From Thermoleophilia bacterium (GTDB lineage: Bacteria; Actinomycetota; Thermoleophilia; Gaiellales; F1-60-MAGs149), in NCBI GenBank assembly GCA_037133215.1, contig JBAXOM010000001.1, positions 1 to 48,787 on the forward strand: a stretch of 48,787 nt of DNA. Direction: 5' to 3'. Under the pieces are notes generated by a model that saw nothing but the letters and a program-made list of their open reading frames with translations, did no database searches and had not been told where the DNA came from. Within the stretch, counting starts at the first letter, position 1. Each line of letters begins with the position of its first letter. A program made the translations under genes and the position numbers. Positions 18,301-26,174 of the stretch are shown piece by piece.

Positions 18301-19439
18301 TGGCCGTCGTCGATTCCACTCGCACCGTCACCGAGATTCTCGATCGTGTGCTCGCGGGCGAGCGGCTGTCCGATGCTGATGCGCTGACCTTGATGCAATC
18401 GCGCGACCTCGTCTCGATTGGCGCCGCCGCGAACGAGATCCGTAATCGCAAGGCGAATCCGGGTGAGGTCACGTACATCGTCGACCGCAATATCAACTAC
18501 ACGAACGTCTGCGTGACGGACTGCAACTTCTGCGCCTTCTACCGTAAGCCCGGCGATACGCGCGAGGGCTACGTGCTGCCGAAGCGCATCATCTTCGCGA
18601 AGATCGAAGAGACGATCGCAGTTGGTGGAACCGGCTGTCTGATGCAGGGTGGCCACAACCCCGAGCTGTCGATCGAGTGGTACGAGGACCTGTTCCGCGA
18701 CATCAAAGAGCGCTATCCGAAGTTCCACATGCATGCTCTGTCGCCCCCCGAGGTGACGTACATCGCGCGCCGCGCCGATCTCTCCCTCGCCGACACGATC
18801 TCGCGCCTGCGCGATGCTGGTCTCGACTCGATCCCGGGTGGCGGCGGCGAGGTTCTCGTCGATCGCGTGCGCAAGATCCTCGCTCCGAAGAAGACGAAGA
18901 GCGACGAGTGGCTCGAGGTCATGCGCCAAGCACACCGCCAGGGCATGACGACCTCCGCCACGATGATGTACGGGCACGTCGAGACGCTCGAGGAGCGCGT
19001 CGAGCACTTCCGACGCATCCGCGAACTCCAGGACGAGGTCCCGGGCTTCCGCGCCTTCATCTCCTGGACGTTCCAGCCCGATAACACCGAACTTGGCAAA
19101 ACCGTCAACCAGACGCCAACTTCGTTTGAGTACCTGTTGGTCCAAGCTGTCTCGCGCCTCTACTTCGACAACATCCCGCACATTCAGTCGTCGTGGGTGA
19201 CGCAGGGCATGAAGATCGGTCAGGTGGCCTTGCACTTCGGCGCCGACGATCTCGGCTCCGTGATGCTCGAGGAGAACGTCGTCTCCAGTGCCGGTACGAC
19301 GTACCGCGCCACCAGCGAGGACTTCTGCCGGATCATTCGCAACGCGGGCTATAAGCCGATCCAGCGCGACACGTACTACCGGGTCGTCAATGACGATCCC
19401 GAGGCGTCGTTGCGCAAGGCTGAGCCAGCCACCGCCTAG
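18300..19439 (+). CDS. mqnC: Radical SAM enzyme, cyclic dehypoxanthinyl futalosine synthase (MqnC-type)
   Basis: NINYTNVCVTDCNFCAFYR, LMQGGHNP, FISWTFQPDNT. The start overlaps the mqnA stop (TAATG). Confidence 0.75.
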   Translation: MAVVDSTRTVTEILDRVLAGERLSDADALTLMQSRDLVSIGAAANEIRNRKANPGEVTYIVDRNINYTNVCVTDCNFCAFYRKPGDTREGYVLPKRIIFAKIEETIAVGGTGCLMQGGHNPELSIEWYEDLFRDIKERYPKFHMHALSPPEVTYIARRADLSLADTISRLRDAGLDSIPGGGGEVLVDRVRKILAPKKTKSDEWLEVMRQAHRQGMTTSATMMYGHVETLEERVEHFRRIRELQDEVPGFRAFISWTFQPDNTELGKTVNQTPTSFEYLLVQAVSRLYFDNIPHIQSSWVTQGMKIGQVALHFGADDLGSVMLEENVVSSAGTTYRATSEDFCRIIRNAGYKPIQRDTYYRVVNDDPEASLRKAEPATA

Positions 19440-19454
19440 TCCGAGTGGCCGCGT

Positions 19455-19874
19455 CTACGCGGTCGTGATGCTGGCCCCGCGTAACAGCCAGAGCCGGTGC
19501 ATAATCGCGCCACCAAGGATCGCCAGTCCGATCAGGGCGAGGTACGGCTGGATTGGCGCGAACCAGGCGAGCGCACCGGTCGTACCGAGTGCGAGTACCA
19601 CGACGTGATTACACGTTGGGCAGCCGACCGCCAAGTAGGTGAGCGCGCCACCGACGATGCCGGTGCGTGTCGCGGGTCGACAGCTGGAGGGGCGAGGGAG
19701 CGCGATCAACACGCCGGCCAAGACAGCGGTCAGAATCGCGACCGGCCAGGCCCAGCTCGTCGGCTCGACCTGACGACCGAAGAGAGGGTTGGGGATTAGG
19801 TCTGTTGGGATCGTGATCACGAGCAGCGTAAAGAGGCCAACGCCAACCACCAAGGCGAGGCGCCGGGCGCTCAT
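19455..19874 (-). CDS. Small polytopic membrane protein with an intramembrane CPTC motif (unknown function)
   Basis: 139 aa from ATG 19874, which lies 2 nt after the rnd stop. About 4 hydrophobic segments, with GCPTCNH in one of them plus one loop Cys. The N-terminal 74 aa of track ORF 19455-20096 are Arg-rich overlap with rnd and were discarded. Confidence 0.6.
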   Translation of the reverse strand: MSARRLALVVGVGLFTLLVITIPTDLIPNPLFGRQVEPTSWAWPVAILTAVLAGVLIALPRPSSCRPATRTGIVGGALTYLAVGCPTCNHVVVLALGTTGALAWFAPIQPYLALIGLAILGGAIMHRLWLLRGASITTA

Positions 19875-19876
19875 CG

Positions 19877-21061
19877 CTAGCGGTCTTCGATGCGCAGAAA
19901 CGGTGCGCTCTGGTTGAGCGACAGGCTGACCTTGCCCGCCACCAGGCGGATCAGATCGTCGCCGAGCAACTCTTTGCGCCAGCCCTGGCCGAGCGGCAAG
20001 GTCGAAAGATCTTCGCCGGCCACGACCGCCTCGAGGAAGCGATCGAGATCGGCACGGTTGGCAACGAGCTCGGGTGCGAGATCGGCGTCGATGCAACGAA
20101 TGCGCGCCATCGGCACGGCGAGCGTGGCCACGGCCTCGACCTGCTTAGCGATGCGCTGAGGGACGGAACGCTCTGCGGGTGGCGGTGTGCGCGTCAGACC
20201 ATTGGCGACCGCAGCCAGTAGCTCCACGGTATCGCGTTCGCCGAGGCTCTTACCCATCCCGCGAATCTGTTGCAGGTCGTTGGCAGAGCGCGGCATCGCG
20301 CGCGCCACCTCAACGACGGTCGGGTCCTTCATCACCCAGCCAGCCGGCTGGTCGCGACGGCGAGCGGACGTCTCGCGCCACGCGGCGACATCGACCAGCA
20401 CAGCCTGCGCCTGTGGCGAGAGACGGCCACGACGCTGCACCTTGCGCCAGGCGCGTTCGGGGTCGCCGCCAGCACTGTCGGCAGAGCAGAAGCGACGGGT
20501 AATCTCGGCAGCAGCCCACTCGGATCGGCCTCGCTCGGCAAGCGATGCGCGAAGCGCGGCCACGAGCGGTGCGAGGTAGCGGACGTCGTCGGCGCCGTAG
20601 AGCATCTGTGTCTCTTTGAGGGGCCGGCGGCTCCAGTCGGAGAACGTCTCGTTGTGATCGAGGCGCACCTTCAAAACGGCCTCGAGCAGACGGTCGAGGC
20701 TGGCGCTGGCCGTCAGACCAATAAAACCCGCGGCAATCTGCGTGTCGAAGACGTTGGCTGGCAGCGTGCCGAAATGCAGCCCGAAGGCGATCAGATCGGC
20801 GGACGGCGCGTGCATCAACTTCTCGACGGCGGGATCGGCGATCAGCTCGCCGAGCGGCTCAAGTGGTGCGCCAGCAAGCGGGTCGATCAGCCAAATCTCG
20901 TCGCCAACCCCAACCTGGACGAGGCACAGTTGGGGTGCGTACGTCTTCTCCCAGAGGAACTCCGTGTCGAGTGTGCAGGTGCCTGCCTGGCGCGCCGCAG
21001 CGGTGACCTCGTCGACGCCAGCGGCATCCGTAACCATGCGTGGCATCTCCGACACGCGCAC
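19877..21061 (-). CDS. rnd: Ribonuclease D (DEDDy 3'-5' exonuclease plus HRDC)
   Basis: Exo motifs LDTEFLWEKTY, HAPSADL and YGADDVRYL. The start is uncertain (GTG 21061, ATG 21046 or ATG 21037); ATG 21037 has GGAG 9 nt upstream. Confidence 0.85.
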   Translation of the reverse strand: MRVSEMPRMVTDAAGVDEVTAAARQAGTCTLDTEFLWEKTYAPQLCLVQVGVGDEIWLIDPLAGAPLEPLGELIADPAVEKLMHAPSADLIAFGLHFGTLPANVFDTQIAAGFIGLTASASLDRLLEAVLKVRLDHNETFSDWSRRPLKETQMLYGADDVRYLAPLVAALRASLAERGRSEWAAAEITRRFCSADSAGGDPERAWRKVQRRGRLSPQAQAVLVDVAAWRETSARRRDQPAGWVMKDPTVVEVARAMPRSANDLQQIRGMGKSLGERDTVELLAAVANGLTRTPPPAERSVPQRIAKQVEAVATLAVPMARIRCIDADLAPELVANRADLDRFLEAVVAGEDLSTLPLGQGWRKELLGDDLIRLVAGKVSLSLNQSAPFLRIEDR

Positions 21062-21090
21062 AGCCTACCGCCCCATCCCGATGGGGGCGG

Positions 21091-21096
21091 TATCCT
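21091..21096 (+). promoter_or_regulatory. -10-like hexamer TATCCT, 7 nt upstream of the degT-like ATG (leaderless configuration)
   Basis: TATCCT-gccgttt-ATG(21104), with no SD. It lies immediately after a palindrome at 21068-21090. Confidence 0.35.
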
Positions 21097-21103
21097 GCCG
21101 TTT

Positions 21104-22213
21104 ATGTCTGTACCACTGATGGATTTGCGTGGCCAATGGGAGCCGCTCCACGACCGAATTTCGGCTGCCGTTGACGAGGTTATTCGTAGCGGCGTTTTTA
21201 TCCTCGGTCCAAACGTCAAGGCCTTTGAGGCCGAAACTGCCGCTGATATTGGTGTTGCGCATGCGGTTGGCGTTGCCAATGGCACCGATGCCTTGATCCT
21301 TGCCTTGCGCGCCTACGACATCGGTGTGGGCGACGAGGTCATCTGCCCGGCCTATACCTTCTACTCGACTCCCGAATCGATCGGTGCGGTGGGTGCAACG
21401 CCGGTCTTTGCTGATATCGATGGCCTCACGTTTCAGCTCGATCCGGCCGCTGTCGAGGCTGCTGTTACGGAGCGCACCCGAGCGATCATGGCCGTCCATC
21501 TGTTCGGGCACCCCGCACCGATGACGGAGCTTCGAGCAATCGCGGATCGTCACAATCTGATTCTGATCGAAGACGCGGCCCAGTCCTACGGTGCCTCACT
21601 CAACGGTGTTCGCTGCGGTGCGATTGGCGACATCGCCACGTTCTCGTTCTTTCCCACCAAGAATCTCGGTGGTTTTGGCGATGGCGGTCTTGTCACCACG
21701 AACGATGCCGAGATCACCGAGCGAATCCGCGAGTTGCGCTTCCACGGTTCGAAAGACAAGCGCACGTTTACGCAGATCGGGATGAACTCCCGACTCGACG
21801 AGCTGCAGGCCGCGATCTTGCGCGTCCTGCTTCCCGAGCTGGCCGGCTGGAACGATATGCGCCAAGCCGCTGCGGCGCGCTACGCCGAGCTTGGTCTCGA
21901 CCGTTTTGTCGAACTGCCGGGCACGGCATCAGGAGCCGACCCGATTTACCACCTCTACGTCGCTCGCTGTCAGGATCGCGAGGCAGTACAGACTGCATTG
22001 AAGGCGGCGGAGGTGGGTAACGTCGTCTACTACGACACGCCACATCACCTCCAGCCGGTCTTCGCCGACCTCGGCTACGCAGTCGGAAGCCTGCCGGAGA
22101 CTGAGCGTGCTGCCCGCGAGTGTCTTGCTTTGCCGATGTACCCAACGCTGCCCCCGGCCGATCAGGCGACGCTTGTCGGCGCGCTCGAGGCCGCGTTGGC
22201 ACCGATCGCGTAA
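21104..22213 (+). CDS. DegT/DnrJ/EryC1-family PLP-dependent sugar aminotransferase
   Basis: GPNVKAFEAETAADIGVAHAVGVANGTDAL, FSFFPTKNLGGFGDGG (PLP-Lys region). Only the last 369 aa of track ORF 20270-22213 are genuine; the upstream part is antisense to rnd. Confidence 0.9.
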   Translation: MSVPLMDLRGQWEPLHDRISAAVDEVIRSGVFILGPNVKAFEAETAADIGVAHAVGVANGTDALILALRAYDIGVGDEVICPAYTFYSTPESIGAVGATPVFADIDGLTFQLDPAAVEAAVTERTRAIMAVHLFGHPAPMTELRAIADRHNLILIEDAAQSYGASLNGVRCGAIGDIATFSFFPTKNLGGFGDGGLVTTNDAEITERIRELRFHGSKDKRTFTQIGMNSRLDELQAAILRVLLPELAGWNDMRQAAAARYAELGLDRFVELPGTASGADPIYHLYVARCQDREAVQTALKAAEVGNVVYYDTPHHLQPVFADLGYAVGSLPETERAARECLALPMYPTLPPADQATLVGALEAALAPIA

Positions 22214-22219
22214 GGCGCA

Positions 22220-23227
22220 ATGCGCGTCTGGATCGACCTCACCAACGCGCCACACGTGCTGGTGTTGGCACCGCTCGTGCGCGTACTGGAGGCCCGCGGT
22301 GCGACGGTCGAGTTGACGGCGCGACCCTACGGGCAGACGGCCGAACTAGCCGCCATGCACGGACTCAACGTGGAAGAGATCGGCAGCCACGGTGGGCGCT
22401 CGCGATTTGGGAAGGGTCGTGCGGCTGCCGGGCGGGTACATGCCCTGCGGCGCTGGGCAAAGGGGCGCACCTTCGACGCGGGGCTCGCGCACGGCTCGAC
22501 AGATCAGCCCGTCGTTGCGCGCCTGCTGGGCTTTCCTGCCGTCACCATGTTCGATTACGAGGGCGCCCGCTTGCAGCATGGCGTCAACTGTCGGCTGGCC
22601 TCGCGAGTCCTAATCCCCGACGCGATCCCTGTCGAGGCGATCACGGCTCATGGAGCGAGGGCCTCGCAGGTCGTGCGATTTCCGGGGCTTAAGGAGGAGT
22701 ACGCGCTATGGGGGTTCGAAGCCGATCCGTCGGTGCGCGAGAGCCTCGGCGTTCGCGCCGAAGCCCTGCTCGCGATCATGCGGCCACCGCCCGAGCTCGC
22801 GCTCTACCACCGTACCGACAACCCGCTCTTCGACCAGGTGCTGAAAACGCTTTCGGCAGACCCTCGTGTTGACCAAGTCGTCTTGCCGCGGACGGCAGAG
22901 CAGGGTGCGGCGGTCCGCGCACTCGACCTGCCGCGCGTGATTGTGCCCGAGCACGCTGTCGATGCCCGTAGCCTTGTCGCGACGGCCGACCTCGTCATCT
23001 CGGCGGGGGGTACGATGAATCGCGAGGCCGTCGTGCTCGGGACGCCCGTCTGGACGACCTTTGCAGGAACGCTCGGTGCCGTCGATCGTGCCTTGATTGC
23101 GGACGGACGACTCCAGCAGTTGACGCGCGTGGAGGATCTCGTGATTGCTCCTCGGAAGCCAGCGGCTGCACCAACGCTGCGGGATCCCGCGCTGCTGGTG
23201 GATCTGGCACTCGACGGCCTCGTCTAA
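22220..23227 (+). CDS. DUF354-family protein (GT-B / epimerase-like fold, polysaccharide clusters)
   Basis: The N-terminus MRVWIDLTNAPHVLVLAPLVRVLEARGATVELTARPYGQTAEL matches my memory of the DUF354 N-terminal pattern. The gene context is sugar-modifying. Confidence 0.65.
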   Translation: MRVWIDLTNAPHVLVLAPLVRVLEARGATVELTARPYGQTAELAAMHGLNVEEIGSHGGRSRFGKGRAAAGRVHALRRWAKGRTFDAGLAHGSTDQPVVARLLGFPAVTMFDYEGARLQHGVNCRLASRVLIPDAIPVEAITAHGARASQVVRFPGLKEEYALWGFEADPSVRESLGVRAEALLAIMRPPPELALYHRTDNPLFDQVLKTLSADPRVDQVVLPRTAEQGAAVRALDLPRVIVPEHAVDARSLVATADLVISAGGTMNREAVVLGTPVWTTFAGTLGAVDRALIADGRLQQLTRVEDLVIAPRKPAAAPTLRDPALLVDLALDGLV

Positions 23228-23263
23228 CCCAGCGGGATCAACTCAGGCTTGGAGTTGGCCTGA

Positions 23264-23293
23264 GGACACAACAAGTGCGCACTTGTCGTGTCC
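23264..23293. other. 30-bp near-perfect palindrome (terminator or operator) between DUF354 and capD-like genes
   Basis: GGACACAACAAGTG-CG-CACTTGTCGTGTCC, with one mismatch in 14 bp and no T tract. Confidence 0.5.
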
Positions 23294-23345
23294 GCCTCCG
23301 TTATCGAACCGTCGCATAGGGCGCGCAGGGGATCCGTCACGCACC

Positions 23346-23351
23346 TATAAT
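23346..23351 (+). promoter_or_regulatory. Perfect TATAAT -10 box upstream of the capD-like gene
   Basis: TATAAT overlaps the first ATG (23350) and lies 10 nt upstream of the second in-frame ATG (23362). There is no good -35. Confidence 0.3.
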
Positions 23352-25218
23352 GATTGCTGATATGCGTTTCCCTTCCTGGCATCGGCTCGGTCATCTAGCT
23401 GCTGACGCTGCCGTCGCAGCAGCGGCGTGGTGGCTCGCGTTCCAATTGCGCTTCGAAGTGATGCCAATCTGGGCAAATACGCTGTTTTGGGCGACCTTAC
23501 CCTGGGTGATCGTGCTGACGGTTGCCGTCTTCGTGCTCAATGGCCTCTATACGCGCTGGTGGCGCTACGTCTCGCTGCGCGACGTTCGGCTCTTGCTCCG
23601 TGCCTCACTGATCGCCGTCGTCGTGGTGGCGCTCTACGCCACACTGTTTCCACCGGTTCCAGCGACTCCGCCCCGTGGTGTGCTGGTTATTTACTTTCTC
23701 CTGCTGCTGCTGGGCACGGTCGGCGTCCGCGCGATTGCCCGCACAATTCTCGAGGGTCGCGGCACGCTGTTTCCGCGTGGCCGTGAGGTGCTCGTCGTCG
23801 GCGCTGGCGACGCCGGTTCGGTGATCGTCCGGGAAATGCTCGCCAATCGCTCGCTCCGGATGACGCCAATTCGGCTCTGTGACGACGATCCCCGCAAGCA
23901 GGGCATGCGCCTTCACGGCGTCAAGGTTGACGGCACGACGCACGACCTCGCCGCGATTATTAAGGCCTCACCTCCCGACGAGGTCGTGATCGCAATGCCC
24001 GGCGCCGACGGCACCGCGCGCCAGCGTGTCGTTGATGCCTGTCGGCGTGCCGGCGTACCGGTCAAGACACTGCCAGGTCTCTACGACCTGCTCGACGGGG
24101 ACCCAAACCTATTGCGCCGCCTCCGAGAAGTTCGCGTCGAGGACATTCTCGGGCGTCAGCCCGTCAACCTCGACCTCGCCTCAATGGGTGGATATCTGGC
24201 GGGCGAATCGGTCGTCGTGACGGGCGCGGGTGGCTCGATTGGCTCGGAGCTCGTGCGGCAGATCAGTCGCCTGTCGCCGGCGCGGCTGACCTTGATTGAT
24301 CATGCGGAAGACAACCTCTTCCAAATCGATCAGTGGTTGCGCGAGCACGAGATTGCCAATGTCGTCTCGTGTGTGGCTGACGTCAAGGACTCGGACCGCA
24401 TGCGCAAGATCCTTGCCGAGGCCAAGCCGAGTGTGATCTTCCACGCCGCCGCTTATAAGCACGTGCCACTCATGGAGGCTAATCCGTTTAGCGCCCTGCG
24501 CAACAACGTCATTGCCACGCGTGCACTCGCCGAGATTGCCGCCCATGCTGGCGTCGAGCGCTTTGTGCTCGTGTCGACCGATAAGGCCGTCATTTCCGAG
24601 ACCGCGATGGGAGCCTCCAAGGCGCTCTGCGAATACGTCGTTGAGGCCGAGGCGCAGCAGTACCCCGACACGCGCTTTATGGCTGTCCGCTTCGGCAACG
24701 TCCTCGGTTCGTCCGGCTCGGTGATTCCGACCTTCCGCCGCCAGATTGACGAGGGTGGCCCGGTGACGGTCACCGACCCCGAGATGACCCGCTTCTTCAT
24801 GACGATCCCCGAGGCCGTCCAGTTGATCGTTCAGGCCGGCGGTGTCGGCCAGTCGGGCGACGTCTTCGTGCTCGACATGGGCGATCCAGTCAAGATCTGG
24901 GATCTCGCGCACGACATGATTCGCCTGATGGGCCGCGAGCCGGGCAAGGACATCGAGGTCGTCGTCGTTGGCCGCCGCCCGGGGGAGCAGTTGCACGAGC
25001 GCCTGTTCTCCGACGACGAGTCCGTCGAGCGCACGCACCACGACAAGTTGATGCGCGCGCGCCGCGGTCGCATCGACGCTGCTTGGCTGAGCGAGCGCCT
25101 CGATTCGATCGAGGCAGCACTTGCGCGCGGTGCAGACGAAGAGGCGCTGCGGCTCTACTTTGACGCCGCGCAGTCGCCGTCGCGTGAGGGCGTCTCTGGA
25201 CCGAAGGTCGAGCGGTAA
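23350..25218 (+). CDS. Membrane-bound CapD/PglF/WbpM-type UDP-sugar 4,6-dehydratase
   Basis: Four N-terminal TM segments, two Rossmann motifs (VLVVGAGDAGS, VVVTGAGGSIGSEL), YKHVPLME and ASKALCE. The true start may be ATG 23362. Confidence 0.9.
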   Translation: MIADMRFPSWHRLGHLAADAAVAAAAWWLAFQLRFEVMPIWANTLFWATLPWVIVLTVAVFVLNGLYTRWWRYVSLRDVRLLLRASLIAVVVVALYATLFPPVPATPPRGVLVIYFLLLLLGTVGVRAIARTILEGRGTLFPRGREVLVVGAGDAGSVIVREMLANRSLRMTPIRLCDDDPRKQGMRLHGVKVDGTTHDLAAIIKASPPDEVVIAMPGADGTARQRVVDACRRAGVPVKTLPGLYDLLDGDPNLLRRLREVRVEDILGRQPVNLDLASMGGYLAGESVVVTGAGGSIGSELVRQISRLSPARLTLIDHAEDNLFQIDQWLREHEIANVVSCVADVKDSDRMRKILAEAKPSVIFHAAAYKHVPLMEANPFSALRNNVIATRALAEIAAHAGVERFVLVSTDKAVISETAMGASKALCEYVVEAEAQQYPDTRFMAVRFGNVLGSSGSVIPTFRRQIDEGGPVTVTDPEMTRFFMTIPEAVQLIVQAGGVGQSGDVFVLDMGDPVKIWDLAHDMIRLMGREPGKDIEVVVVGRRPGEQLHERLFSDDESVERTHHDKLMRARRGRIDAAWLSERLDSIEAALARGADEEALRLYFDAAQSPSREGVSGPKVER

Positions 25219-25220
25219 GC

Positions 25221-26171
25221 GTGGATACTAAGCAGCTGGCCGCCCTCGTTGCGGTCGTTGATCGCTCCAGTTTTTCGCAGGCGGCAGAACAGCTTGGCGT
25301 CACTCAGCCCGCAGTATCACTCGCGATTCGTTCGCTCGAAAAGCGTCTTGGCTGCCAGTTGATCGATCGCTCGGGTCGCGTCGTCGAGCCGACCGAAGCG
25401 GGCCACGTCGCGTATCGCCATGCGCAGCGCATCCTTGGTGCCGAGCGAGACCTGTTCCGCAGTCTGGAAGATGAAGGCGATGAGTTGACCGGACACCTTG
25501 TGGTGGGTGCTTCGACGGGCCCAGGCGAACGGGTGCTGCCCGCTCTGCTCGGTGCGTTTCATAAGGAGTACCCTGAGGTAATGGTGTCGCTTCGTGTCGA
25601 CGACACCGAGACGATTGTCGACCGCATCCTTGATCGCCAGCTCGAATTCGGCATCGTTGGTGCGGAGCGACCGCATCGTTCACTGGTCTTCGAACCGTTT
25701 CTGCGTGATGAGGTCGTTCTCGTCGTACCCACCGATCACGCCTTTGCCGGGAAGGAGATCGAGATGCGCGACCTGCTGGACGTGCAACTCGTCGTGCAGC
25801 AGGAGGGCGCGGGAGTACGGACCGTCGTCGAGCGTGAACTCCGCGCCGCGGGGGTGCGGGTTCGCGATCTCAATATCGTCGCCGAACTCGGGCTTCAAGA
25901 GTCGGCCAAGTCTGCTGTCGAGGCTGGCCTCGGCGTGACGTTCCTTTCGCGTCTGGCCGTCGAGCGCGAACTCGATGAGGGACGGCTTGCGACCGCAACG
26001 GTCAAGGGTCTCGAGGCAGGACGCCTGTTCTACGCGGTGCGCAGCGCTTCGCGACCACCCGGGCGGTTGATCAATTCGTTCCTGCAGTTTTCGCGGCTCT
26101 CACTCGGCGATAAGGCGGTCTTCCCGGACGAGACGCGCGAGCGTCCTGTGCGCGGCGGCCGCGTCGGCTGA
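25221..26171 (+). CDS. LysR-family transcriptional regulator
   Basis: HTH FSQAAEQLGVTQPAVSLAIRSLEKRLG plus a C-terminal substrate-binding domain. The gaps to both flanking genes are 2-3 nt. Confidence 0.9.
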   Translation: MDTKQLAALVAVVDRSSFSQAAEQLGVTQPAVSLAIRSLEKRLGCQLIDRSGRVVEPTEAGHVAYRHAQRILGAERDLFRSLEDEGDELTGHLVVGASTGPGERVLPALLGAFHKEYPEVMVSLRVDDTETIVDRILDRQLEFGIVGAERPHRSLVFEPFLRDEVVLVVPTDHAFAGKEIEMRDLLDVQLVVQQEGAGVRTVVERELRAAGVRVRDLNIVAELGLQESAKSAVEAGLGVTFLSRLAVERELDEGRLATATVKGLEAGRLFYAVRSASRPPGRLINSFLQFSRLSLGDKAVFPDETRERPVRGGRVG

Positions 26172-26174
26172 CCG

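Noticed and set aside
20270-21103. N-terminal 278 aa of track ORF 20270-22213
   Set aside because: It is antisense to rnd. DegT-family similarity begins at MSVPLMDLRGQW (ATG 21104), which has a -10-like hexamer at leaderless spacing.
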